From: Lepidodermella squamata
Taxonomy: Eukaryota; Animalia; Gastrotricha
NCBI GenBank assembly: GCA_047495785.1
Contig: JBLDXI010000040.1
Span: forward strand, 186,001 to 250,000
DNA: 64,000 nucleotides
Direction: 5' to 3'
In this document: piece by piece, positions 29,445 to 42,111 of the stretch
Layout of the letters: each line of letters opens with the position of its first letter
Numbering within the stretch: the stretch's first letter is position 1
Translations under genes and position numbers: made by a program
The notes under the pieces: model-generated
Database searches by the model: none
Told to the model about the DNA's origin: nothing
Seen by the model: the letters and a program-made list of their open reading frames with translations, nothing else

Positions 29445-32400
29445 TCAAGCTTTGGCAACGTAGTCATACGCGCCTTTCACATTCTTGAGATCCGGAAATT
29501 TGTTGAACAAAAACTGAACAACCGCCGTTTTGCTGCCGTAAGACGCCAGGTGAACAGCCATATCACCAGCCTTGTCACGCTTCATCGCATCCGCGCGCTT
29601 CTCATCAATCAAATACTCAACAACAGCCACGTGACCAGCATAAGCCGCCGACATGACCGGCGTCCTTCCCAGCTCATCCACCGCTTCAACATCAACCAAA
29701 TGCCGGCCATCATCATCGGGCAGGGTGGTTAGCAATTTGACAACCTCCAAATGGCCGGATTGAGCCGCGTAATGCAGCGGCGTTTCGCCCTTGTCGTTCT
29801 TCGCGCCGGCTAGCGAGTGCTTTTCCGACGTCAGTAAGGTGGCTAAATATTGGACGATATCTAAACGACCAGCTTGAGCGGCGATGTGCATAGCGGTGTC
29901 GCCTTTCGCGCCGTCTTCAACCTCGAAATTTGCCGATTTTTCGGCGATTAAATACCGAACAATGGGCAAATGGCCGATGCGGCATGCGGCCATTAATGAG
30001 GTGCGATATGGGGATAATTCCGATCGGCTGTCAAGTAAATATCGGATTCGGGAGTCGTCGAGTTGAGGATTTTCGAGAATTTCTTTCACCTTAGCCAGAT
30101 TTTTGGCCGCAATTGCTTGACGCAAGGATTTCATAGTGGCTTTGAGTTCTAAAAAATTAAAAAATTAAAATTAAAATTAAAATAACGAAAGAATAAAAAG
30201 AAAATATTATTTTAAATTAATTAATTTAATTTAAATTTCTGATAAATTATAATTACAATTTTTTTCAATTTATTCAATTATTTTCAATATTTTCAATATT
30301 TTTGAATTAACCTGCTGGAGCGCTGATGCATTTGCTAGGCTGTGGTTGCCAAGTGTTGGGACCGGCACAAGTTAGCCCAGCTTCAGCTTCAACAACGAGT
30401 GGAATAATGCACTTCAGAACCAGCTTGGAACCAGTTTTGAGCCGGGTCGGATTCTTGACCTCCCTTTCTTTGCCGGGCGCGGAAATCGCGAAAAACGCAC
30501 CGTTAGCTACAACAGGCACTTCGCACTAAAATTTAAGTAAAAAAAAATAATAATTAATTCCATTAAGAATAAAATTTAGTAAGAAAGACGGGATATAGTG
30601 AAATCATTACCAAATTATTGAATTCAGTACCAAATTATTCCAAACAGTTCCAAATCCCCTATTTGAAGACCCAGTCTTTAACCCTAACCTAACCCTAACC
30701 TAACCCTAACCCTAACCCTAACCCTAACCAGTTAAAAACCGAATAAAATTGTTGGGTATTGAATTAAATGAAATTTGGTACCGGCGTAAGATTTTCCCTT
30801 GGGAAATTTAAATAAATTACCATGAATTTTGCGTGAATTTTAGCATGTCGTCAACTTTAGAACACAGCTAATTTTCATTTAACAAAAATTATTCGAAAAT
30901 GAATATTTTTTCCAAGTTGGATTCCTGAGTGTGAACTTTGGTTCCAATTAGGTTCCAATTTGGTGATTTTTTCAAAAATCTCAATACTCACCATTTCGAT
31001 TGGAGCTGTTCGAAAAAAATGGAAAAGGTATTTTTCAGGTAAAATGACAATTTGAGCAATATTACCAAGATGTTGCTGGAGAAAATTTGCCACGTCACCA
31101 TGTCCAGCTGACCTAGCTAGATCAACGGCCTGGTTGCCACCAGCATCAACCGCCTTCAAATTCGCCCCTCTCTTCACCAGGAATTTAATCACCGAAAGAT
31201 GGCCAGTCATCGCTGCAGCGATTAAAGCCGTCCTCGACGTGTCATCCTTCGCTTCGATATTCGCATCGTGTGCGTTAAGCAGCAATTGAACCACGCGCAA
31301 TTGACCTGATTCGGCTGCGCTAATTAGGGGCGTCGCGCCGTGTGACCCAGATTCTTCTAGCAACGCACTGTCACGAGATAGCAATATTTCTAACACGCCA
31401 TTATTGCCAAATTTAGCCGCGATGTGAATTGGAAGGTCATCGTCGCGATTTTTCACTCGAGTTTTGGCACCTTTAAAAAAATTGACATGGGAGAAAAATT
31501 TCGAAAAAAATGAAATTAATAATTAATAAAAAAGCCGCCTTAAAAATTTGATTTTGAATTTTTTCAGAATAATCTCACCTTTTGCTAATAGAAAGGCGAC
31601 GATGGCTTTCGAGGCATTTTGAGCCGCAAAATGTAACGGCGACCATTTCTCGCCATCAGTCGCGTCAACATCAGCCGAAAACTGCTTGACCAGCTCAACA
31701 GCACAGCTCAATTTATCGTTAATAATCGAATACATAAGCGGCGTTTTCCCCGACTCGTCATCCTTCGCTTCGATCATCTCGGGATTTCGCTGAGCGAGAT
31801 ATTTCAACAGTTCGATGTTTTCGCAATTTTTTGCCGCAACGTGCAACGCGTTTCGACCAAGCCGGTCTGTTGTAGTCGGGTCAAGGTAACGATCTTCGAC
31901 CAGGTATTTCAAAACGTCGAGTTTCCCGCTTTCAGCCGCTCGCATTGTTAGAGTTTCATCGTTTTGCTCGTGGTCTCGGCTGGTTTCGAGGTATTTAGCG
32001 AAATCTGGACTTAGCGACGGTCGGAAGATGTTCTTGACATCGCTCAATTCCCCAGCAGTAATCGCATTTCTCAATTCTGAAGCCTCATGAACGAGTTCTG
32101 AATTTACAAAGAAATTTAGAAATTGAAAGAAAATTGAAAATTAATCAGAGATTGACATTAAATTTAAAAAATTCAGAATTTGTAATTTCGAATTTTTATT
32201 TCAAATTCAATTTGAAATTTAAAAAATTCAAATTTAAAATTTTTTCAAATTCGAAAATGGTCATTTCAAATTATTTTTAAAATTTAAAATTTTATATGTT
32301 TCAATCCAAATGCTTCTTTACCTTCAGGAGCTTCTCCGCATTGACCAAGATCCGGAAACCATTTGCCTTCGGGTAAGCAAATTGACGAATTGGATCCGAA

Positions 32401-35400
32401 CAGTAAGTAACCATCGTTACAAATCACCCGAATTTTCTGGCCAACTCGTTGATTTTCGCCATCATTTTCCTCAGCGACAACGCGGCCGTTTCCAATCTGG
32501 GGTAGGACGCAAAAAACTCGGGTCGGTTTTGGTGTAGTAGCCGGGCTAGGTCTCGGCACACATCGGCCAAGTTCCTGAGGGTAATAACGGCCTTGTGCGA
32601 CGCACATGACTGCGCTGAAGCCTTGGACAATGTAGTCATCAGGGCATGAAAGGGACACTTCGCTTCCAACTTCGACGCTTAAGGTGAATTCGGGGAGAAT
32701 AGGGCTGAAATCACGGGAAAGTTGCCCGATTTCGACTTTGGGCAGTAAACAATAGGCTTTTTGTGTCGTAGGTGTGCTTCGAGTTGAAGTAGTCGTCACT
32801 AAAAAATTCGAAATTTAAAAAATTTATCCGAATTTCAAACAATGATTATTTAAATCAAAATTTCAAATTTGTGAAATTTTATTTTCAGTAATTTTTCAAA
32901 ATTTTGCTTACGAAATTGGCAAGTTGCCAAGCTTGGAAACCAGTCACCCGAATCCAGGCAGATACTGGACGTAGCACCGAAATTGAAATAACCCGGGTCA
33001 CATTTGATTCTAATCACGTGACCAGCCGGCAATGATTCATCTTCAATTGTCGCCGTCGTATCCTTCGGCTTTGTAATTTTGAACGATCCGTTTTCAATTG
33101 CCGGTTTCGAGCATGGGGTAGAAATAGTTGTCCTAGTCGTTGTTGCTACCACCTCGCACGTTCCTTTTGCCTTTGGGAACCAATCATTTTCGCCAACACA
33201 GCGGATTTCGGTCGCGCCTGTAGCGACGTAACCTTCGTCACAATTTAGCCACAATTCAGTGCCAAGAGGTAACTTCTCAGCCTAAATTTAAAAAAGTGAA
33301 ATATTAAATTGGATGTTAAACGGACAAAAGTCAGAAAATTCGCCCAATAAAATTTCACTTCTTCGATTTTCTAATTTTTTAATTTTTCAATTAGGAAAAA
33401 ATTGAAAAATTGAAAATAATTCAACTTGCCCCGTGATCTGAATATCCATCAAATTTGCCATGTTCGACCACTGGCGTGTCGCAATAAATCGTTTTCGAGT
33501 CCTCAGCAGTAACTTTATCAGCCACATGTGTGCTACGCAGGTCGCACTCTCCAGGTAGAGGGAAAAACGTGTTGTGATTTACACATTTGATGGTTCCATG
33601 TGTAATAGGCACCTCATAACCTTCGTTACACGTCAAGTGCAACTCGGTGCCAACACCAACCTTATTAACAACTCCGTCGGCCGCGTAGTAACCTGAGGAA
33701 AAAGTATAGAAAAATATAACATTTCAACAACAAAAATGAGCTTGGAGATAAATAAATGACATTCATTGAGAAGGAAAAAATCAGGTTTCGACGCGTTCGA
33801 CGCGCGCTAATGATGTCAAAGGGCAATTATCAAATAGTTTGTCGGTTTTCATCCCAAAATGAAGTTCAGAAAATTCACTATCGATTGAGTATAGGGATTG
33901 AATATTCTCGCGCGAAAAATTTAATAGGAAAAAATGGAAGCGCACTCGAAATTTGTGAGTCAATTAAGTGCGTTATTCCTTCGCGCGCTCGAAATTTAGC
34001 GTGTGTTCCCATTGATTTGTTCGCGCCAGAACCCTATATTCAATCGATAGAGAATTTTCTGAATTTTAATTTGGTATGAAAACCGCCAAAATATTCAAAA
34101 GTACCCCATTGACGTCAGCGCGCGCCGTCGAAAAATTCTTATGAATTCTTCGAACGCGCACACAAGTTTTAATTTTGCTAAATTTATTAGGTCAGGCAAT
34201 CTAGCGAAAAATCGGCTAATTTTAAGTTATTTTAAATAGTCTAATGAACTAATAAAAATTGTGAAAAATATTAACAGCTAATAAAATTGATGGCACTCGT
34301 GATTATTACCTGTACTTATTTTTGGGACGTCGCACTCTGCTGCCTCCGTCTCCAAATTCGCGCCAAAAGTTTCCTGATTAATTCGCACTGAAGGCGTAGA
34401 TCTCGGCACACAATTCGCCTCCGTAGTAGGCGGGAACCATTTATTGCTATCGGCACACATCACGTGATCAGCGCCCACTGCGTCATACCCGTCCGGGCAA
34501 TCCAGCCACATCTCGGTACCCAGCGGTAGCTTTTCCTCCGTAATTTCGAAATATTGCGCATCACGAAAGTGCCCAATTGACAAAGTTGGGACATTGCAAA
34601 ATTTCTCACCGCCAGAAATTCGGTCATTGGGTAGCACGATTTTAGCCGTCGTTTGCGGAACGGGTGTAGTCACTTTGGAAAAATTAATTAAAAATTAAAA
34701 ATTAAAAATTAAATTAAAATTTACCTTCAACACAATCAGCAGTTTTCGGGAACCAGTTGCCACCAGCTATGCAGATCGAGCTAGAACTCGGCCCGGATGG
34801 TTGGTAGCCTGGGTTGCAAGTCAGTTGAATTTTCCGACCCGGCAACACACTCATAGGATCGTCTTCACTTGACAAGTCATACCGCCCATTGTCCACAAGC
34901 GGCACCGAGCAATAGATAATGGTCGTCGTTTCGGTAGGAGTAGTAGCGGTTGTTGTTGTAGTAGTCGTGGTCTGCTCAGGTACGCATTGGCCGAGTTCGG
35001 GGTATAGCTGGTTGCGGCTTACGCACATGACCCGATTCGCACCAGTGAGCACGTAATTACCAGGGCAGGTCAGCGTGACCTCGGAGTATAATGAGACAGC
35101 TTCGAATGTCTCATGATTCGAGGGTTCGATCGAGAGCTTTCCAATGCTGATTGATGGCAGTTGGCAGCGAACTTCTTGCGTAGTCGATGGAGATTCGGTT
35201 GTAGTGGTAATGACTTGAAAAATAATTAAAAATTCAAATTACGAATTTTCAATTTTCAATTTTTTAAAAAGTTGCGATAAATTAAAGCAGAAAATTCAAA
35301 TTTTGAATTTTTAGCCCATAGGTCTCATTATTACGCGTAATTTGCGCTATCATCGGTCAGATTATGAGTCATACTTAAGTCTGCGAAGCCGATATCGATT

Positions 35401-37170
35401 CCTGTTATCGATTTTACAAATCAGTGATTTTTCCGATATCAGCAGTTAGGGAATCCTACATCGAACAATTTTCTTCATACCTTAAGTTATCAGGTTGCTA
35501 AAATGTAAAATGCATATCCTAGAGCTATAGGGTGAATTATTATTGTTTAAGGATCGAAAAATCGAAATCGAAGAAAATCGGAAAATCGGAAAATCGAAAT
35601 TTGATTTTTGAAAATATTCAGATAATTAGAAAAAATATGTTTACCCTCGCTGCAATTTCCAGGTTCTGGAAACCATTGCGAGTTCTCGCGGCAAATAATT
35701 CGTTTGCTGCCGATAATTTCGAAATTTTCCGACGAGCATTGAAGTACCAAAACGGTACCGACAGGCGACAAGTGACTCTCGCCCATAGCCTCCAGCAGAC
35801 GATCAGGATGGTCTTCTTCCGACCACCAGCCGCCAGCCACCGACGGCCATTTGCAAGAGACCGGTTGCAGGGTGGTTGTAGTCGGGATCGAGATACATCG
35901 GCCGGGTAGTGGGAACCAGCTGGCTGAAGGCTGATGAAGGCTGTAGCACAGCAACTCGGAACCGCCGAGTAATTTATAACCGGGTGAGCAGGTCAGGCGC
36001 AACTTGGTTCCGATTGGTACGAATTCCGGTTGGCTTTGAAGTTCATGATCACTATGGAGGTCGTAATCTAGTGAATCAGCATCATTGACGATTTCGAGTT
36101 TCCCATTAGCAACAACAGGATGAAGGCACTATATAAATAAATTGAAAATAAAAAAGTCTGAGATTTTACTCAAAATATTGAAAATTGATTGATCTTGCGA
36201 AAAATTGGAAAAAATTGAAAAAATGAATTTTTTTTTGAAAAATTAAAAATTTCAGGCAAATGTAATCAAGTAAGAATTAAAAAAAATTACATAAAATTGA
36301 AAAAAAATAAATTAATAACGAACCATAGGTGGAGCTAGAGTTGTAGTCGTAGCGTCTACGCATAGGCCGGGTTGTGGGAATAACACGCCATTGAAGCACA
36401 GGCTTTCGGTTAGATTCGTGCCCAAAGTTGTGTAGCCAGGATCGCAAATTAGCCGAATTTTCACACCATGATTGATTTCTAGAGTTTCATCACTGGTTGG
36501 AACTCCTACAATTTCGAAATGACCCTTCGCAACTGGCGGCAATAAACACTGAAAATTCAGGAAAAAATCAATGAGTTTAAAAATTAAATTAAATTTTGAA
36601 AAATGGGAAAAATTTAAAAATTGAATTTTTTTAAATTTCGAAAATTTACGTTGACAGATTTTTCGGCTTCGACTTTGATATTTTTAGCCGAAATAGGATC
36701 CGTGACTTCAGGCACAGCTTTTTCAGTCGTCGTAGCTTCAGTTATCGTAGTTGTAGTCGTAGTCTCAAGCTCAACGCATTGCCCGAGTGCCGGCGTGAAA
36801 TTGCCATTCACGCATTTCGATTCGCGTTTCCCGACCAATTCGAAGCCGAAAATACAAATCAGCCGAATTATTGAACCTTGCACAGCTTGACCTTCATTAT
36901 TACCGCCTTGCAACTCAATTTCGCCATTCTCAATGGCGGGCAAAAAACATGTTTTCGGCTATTAAATTGAAAAAAATTAAATTTCGAAAATTCACAATTT
37001 CGAAATCGAACCTCGATTTTTTCGGTAATTAAGGTGGTCGTGGAAATTTCTATTGTCGTAACTGGATGAGTTGCAGTCGTTGAAGTATCAGTGTCATCAT
37101 AGTTCAAGTCGAATTCGTCTGCTAACGAGGCGCCAAAAAACAACAAAGAATAAAGTAAAAAACGTATCAT
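29445..37170 (-). CDS. Secreted mosaic protein: signal peptide, about 12 CCP/Sushi modules with Thr-rich linkers, about 8 ankyrin repeats, 1 CCP, about 5 ankyrin repeats
   Basis: Signal MIRFLLYSLLFFGASLA. CCP pattern C-x2-P..NG..C..G[YF]..C....W.P....C. In-frame phase-1 joins GEAPE|ELVHEASELRNAI and ISAPA|ELKATMKSLRQAI link CCP exons to ankyrin exons (TPLHYAAQSGHLEVVKLL etc.). No TM segment seen. AATAAA about 40 nt after the stop. Confidence 0.82.
30679..30729 (-). repeat. Interstitial telomere-like (TTAGGG)n tract in an intron
   Basis: (CCCTAA)n with some CCTAA units on the + strand. Confidence 0.9.
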
Positions 37171-37365
37171 AATTATTGTGTTTATTAATCATGTAAAATT
37201 ATGAGGTGTGCCTATAATTTTGTTTCCAGAATTTCCAGATGAGTGCCAGATGTTGGGGCACGCGCGGGAAATTCAAACACGTGTTTCCACAGTCAAATTT
37301 TAATTTCTTAAATTTTTCGAAAAATTAAATTTGGATTTTAAACAGAATAAGAGCTAACAACGAAG

Positions 37366-38867
37366 ATGCTTTTTCTCAGTTTTTTATTGTTGATATTTTA
37401 TCATCTCGAAATTTCTATTGCAAGTAACTCAACCGTGACCGAATCTGCGAGAAATTCTACTTCTTCACCAATAAAATCTGTCTATGTTATCGGCATTGTT
37501 TCGATTCAACGTAACAGTTTATCCGAAAGCCAGCCATGCGGAACAGCGGGTCATCTATCGCTAATTGCCGATCAATCACCGCAAATTTTCGAGCAATTAC
37601 TCGCTAGATTGATGCCAGAAGCTGCCGAATCGATTCACAAGGCTCTCACAATCGATACGCGTGAGACTTATCTGTGCGGCGATTTAATCACGCGTGACGA
37701 AAAAAAGCCCACCTTAATAAAATTGCCGAATTTTGCGCTTCAATGCTTTGCGCGGCGTTTGTTCGGCGCCTGCTCACCGTTGGAAATTTTACGCCCGGAT
37801 TTAACTGTGAACACCCTGCCGGCCCGAGCTGCGACAAGTTGCACATCACGCCGTCACGCTTCGCCGATTTTTGAGACAATTGTCGAGTCGTTGCTAGGGC
37901 GTAGTGTGAGGATAGAGCGGAATTTCACGCTCAGTCACGCTGTTGAGCAGAAGGCGTGGCAGTTTCACGACGGCAAGTCAGCCAAGCATTTTCTTAGCCG
38001 AAAAACGGAAGCAAGTGCCGAGTACTTTGGCGAGGTGGATGATTTCGTCGATTTTCACGCATCAGGTCGATCGATTCAGGTAAAAATTTCAAAAATTTCA
38101 AAAAATTTCAAAAAATTTCAAAAAATTTCAAAAAATTTCAGAAAATGGCAGATAATTCGTAAATAATTTTTTTGAATCTCATTTGAATTTTCCGAAATTT
38201 TGAAATTTTTTAACCAATTATTTCCGAGTTTCCAATTGAAAATTTTGAAATTGAAATTGAAATTTGTATAAAATAATTTTTAATTTTTTGAAAGTATTTT
38301 TGTCGAGGCGTTGTGACTCCTTTGATTAAATCGACCCTTGCGCCAACATCGCCGGCTACAACAACAACCGCGGCTACTACAACCGAATTCGAGTTGGCAG
38401 CCGAAACCGCCCCGATCCAGGCCAGCCAACGGCCGCCTCGCCGTCGAAGGGCGAGTAATGCCGAGGTTCTATACGTTTTCGCGCTCTCTTTCTTCTCATG
38501 CTGCGCTACGGCAATTTTAAGCTGGAAAGTTGTTCAGAGATATCGCAATCGACGACATGTCCAGGCTTTGAGGTCAAGTCTCTCCCCGGCTGTTCCGAGG
38601 CGGAGAAATAACCCACCTGAACTAACCGGTTAGTTTGTCCTAAATGAGGCCATTTTTTATATATCAAATTTATTTATCATTCTAGTAACTGGAGCGACCT
38701 TTGACTCGCAGGCGATGACTTCAAGGTCCCAGGGTGCGACAACGGGTGATTTCACCTCGACACTGGGAGAAACAGCGGTGAATTCGAGTCGACCTCCGAG
38801 TTACGACGAGCTGATCCTGAATGCTTCTACCCTTCAAGCCTATTCAAAACAAGAGGCGCAAAATTGA
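37366..38867 (+). CDS. Type-I membrane protein: unrecognised 6-Cys ectodomain, Thr-rich stalk, TM helix, cytoplasmic PPxY (3 exons)
   Basis: Signal MLFLSFLLLIFYHLEISIA. Exons 37366-38079, 38295-38628 and about 38686-38867. TM VLYVFALSFFSCCATAILSW, then a basic stop-transfer stretch, then tail RPPSYDEL. Confidence 0.8.
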
Positions 38868-39173
38868 CAAAAAAATCCCGTTTCGAAATTTTTGTTTTAA
38901 TTTATGAAATTTACCAGCAAAATGTTATAAACACAATTTAAATTTTGATTTTTGTACGTTCAATAAAATGAAATTTTTTATAATAATTCAACTCGGTCAG
39001 CACTCGGCAATTTTTTTATTATACCTACTCTGAGAGTCACTCGAGGTTTTTCCAAGTTTTATCACGCATTGCCACCTTGGTTAATTTCACACACAAAAAA
39101 TCATAAAAAACGCTTAAATAATTTCTCGTCAGAATGAGGCGATGAAGAATTGCTGCGAATTCAAGGCGCCGGT

Positions 39174-41444
39174 ATGATCAATTTTATTGGATGGCTAGTT
39201 GTTGTTTTATTTTCATTTTGTGAATGCCAATCGTCGAATTTAACAACAAATTACGGCCCGCTCGTTGTAGGCGGGTCATTTGCTCAACGATTCGAATTTC
39301 CATGGATGGTATATAGAAAATTTCAAAAATTTCAAAAAATTTAAATTATGAAATTTAGGTTCGAATTTATAGCGATGTCCCAGGTGTTGACACATTTGTA
39401 TGCGGCGGTGCCCTAATTTCAGACAATTGGGTCATCACAGCCGGTCATTGCGTATCAACAGGTCGAGAGACAGCAATTAGGTACCTTGACCTCGATTTTA
39501 ATTAATTAATTTTAGTAAAATTTCAATAATTAGGTCAAGAGTTATCCTTGGGAAAACTGATCTTAGTACAACTGAGCGAGGCGAGACGATTAGATTAGTC
39601 TCGGATAGGGACATTCACGTGCATCCTTACTATCGGCCCGGTGCTAATACTGATTTCGATTTTGCCCTGCTACGCCTTAATTACCCGGTTTCGCTTTCGA
39701 TGGCGATAAAACCTATTGATCTGCCCGATAATTACTGCGATAATGACTATGACCTACTTTCGTCCACAATCGATTCGTGCTGGAAAGGGACGTCAGTCGG
39801 CTGGGGTAAGGCTTGAAAAAATAAAATTCCTCAATTTTCTCGAAATTTTTAAATCAAAATTTCAAATTTTCAAAATTTTCAATTTTTTTTAATTTTAATT
39901 TTTAAATAGGATTGACGGGCCCCTCCGATTACATGTCAATGAGGCTGAAAAAAATTTCGCTAAACATTGCGCCGTTTCTCCAGTGCGCGCTCACCTATCA
40001 GGGTGACTACTTCACGGATGCGAAAATATGCGCAACTGGCGGTCCGAACCAGCAAACTTGCCGTGGCGATTCTGGCGGACCTTTAACCTGTATAGGGTCA
40101 AATAACCAGCCTTACCTGTTGGCGCTCACTTCCTACGGCCATTTGGCTTGTAATGAAACTGGAGGCGAAAAGCCATCAGTTTATTCAAGTATGTTTTATT
40201 GTTTTTGGCGAAAAGCCAATACATTTTAAAAAATTTAAAATTCAACCAATTATTAAAATTTTAAAATTTAAAATTTAATTTTTGAAATTTAAAATTTCAA
40301 TAATTTGAACACTGAATTTTTAAATTTTGAATATTTTTGAAATTTGAAATTTAATTTCATATTTTTTTAAGGAATTTGTCGAGTTATTCCGTGGATTCGC
40401 CAATATTTAGGACCATTGGTAAAAAGTACCCCCCGGCCGACAATTCGGGCTCAAAATTCGCCTCAAACAACTTCAACCCGAGCCACAACAGTTCGAAGCA
40501 ATTTAATACCAATTTCAACAATTAAATTCATTGATACAACACCGAGACCGATTCCAACTCGAACAATTGATGACAATGCTTATCCACCTGTTATTTACCC
40601 GAATTACCCGCCTATGTTATCAGCATCGAATCCCGCTCGATTCTTGTTCCCACCAGCTGTTCGAGACTGTTCCGACCCTAGTTACCTCATTACCCTAACT
40701 CGACTAGGCACCCTACAGGCAATATGTCCCTTGAACCAGGTCAATCCTTACGTCATTAAATCGGCATTTTTCAACGCGATTCGAGCTGATTTGATCGAAG
40801 TTGTCGCCTCATTTCTCGACTCAAGCTACGTCTCGGTGAATGAAGAAGAGCTGTACCCTGACTACGGCTATAAACAATCCGCCTTAATATTAGCCGCACG
40901 ATGGGGTCGGCTCGCAATTGCGCAGCTATTACTGGCTCGGGGTGCGGATTTGAATGCGAGAGATTCGTTGTACAATCGAACGGCTGTTATATGGGCGGCG
41001 TGTGAAGATCGCGAGGCGATGGTACAGGTTTTGCTGGGCCGAGGCGCGTCGCTGATTGGCTGCAGGTGTAGTGCGCGCAATAATGCGTTGTGCGCGCCTG
41101 AAAGTGGGACACAGCAATTGAATGACCTAATTGTTGTTCCGCGATTTAATAACGCGATTTTCAACGCGATTTCAGCGACTAATTATGGCTTGGATTCTTC
41201 AGAAGAACAACTGGATTATGAATTTTCGTCCGAAATTCCCGAAACTACCACGCAAAATAATGAAGTTTCAAGTGGCTATCGGAGATTTTATACGACATCG
41301 ACTAGAAAATTGGCGACAAATCAGCAGCGATCTGTGGACATATTGGCACCGAAAATTCCGATTTTAGCGAGTTGTTCTGGGAAAATGGAAATTAATACTA
41401 GCATCATGTTTTTAATTATATTTTGGAGAATAAATGAAATCTAA
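39174..41444 (+). CDS. S1 (chymotrypsin-fold) serine protease + mucin stalk + Cys-flanked ankyrin repeats + hydrophobic C-terminus, paralogue 1 (5 exons)
   Basis: Signal MINFIGWLVVVLFSFCEC. Activation site GPL|VVGG. Triad TAGHC / DFALL / GDSGGP. Splice YS-RICRVIPWIR runs in frame into ORF 40416-41444, which has SALILAARWGRLAIAQLLLARGADLNARD. Confidence 0.88.
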
Positions 41445-42111
41445 ACTTCTTAATTGTCGCCTGTTTTTTCTGAATTCTCTAAAAATTGAGACATTGGGAC
41501 GACGCACCTTCCTAAGTTATGGTTCAAGCACTAAAAACTTAAGAAAATTGAAATTTAATGGGAAAATTAGTTTTTGAACTTTTCACTTGGTTTTGAACTT
41601 CAACTTCAGACCTGAACATTTGACCGCTGCAAAGTGAAACGTGTACCTTGGCGAATTTTTTCACATTTCCAGATGAGTACATGGGGTTGTTGGCCATGAC
41701 ATCCCGAATCCATAGGTGAAAACCGTTCGACAAAATACCTCAGAATGACGTAGTTATCGCGTATATAGACGTTTAAAGATAATTGAAAAATGTAAAATTA
41801 TACCGTAATCCGGTACAACTTTCAACACTTACGTCCAGGCAAACTTCAATGTGCTGTGTAAATTCAACAGATGCTATTTTGGTCGGGTTTTCAACGTATT
41901 TTGATAGGGGCCGCCTTCCGTAACATCCTGATATTTTTTATTCTAGGAAATTCGCAAGCGCAAGGATTTGGCAAGGGGTACCCCAAAAGTACAACTTTGA
42001 ACAGCAAGATTTCGTAAAATAAAAAATCCACCTTTATGAGCGCGCAGAGAATTTTGTGCAAATTTCATTGAAATTTGCGATTTTCACCTCACTGGTTTGC
42101 TTCATAGAGAA

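Noticed and set aside
38080-38166. KISKNFKKFQ repeat at the end of ORF 37366-38166
   Set aside because: Read-through into an (aaaatttcaa)n intron after the CAG|gtaaaa donor. The same applies to the K/F/N-rich tails of many track ORFs.
39075-39135. Acceptor just upstream of the protease ATG suggesting an operon or SL trans-splicing
   Set aside because: A cis donor (gttaat at about 39080) explains it as a 5' UTR intron, and paralogue 2 has a similar UTR intron.
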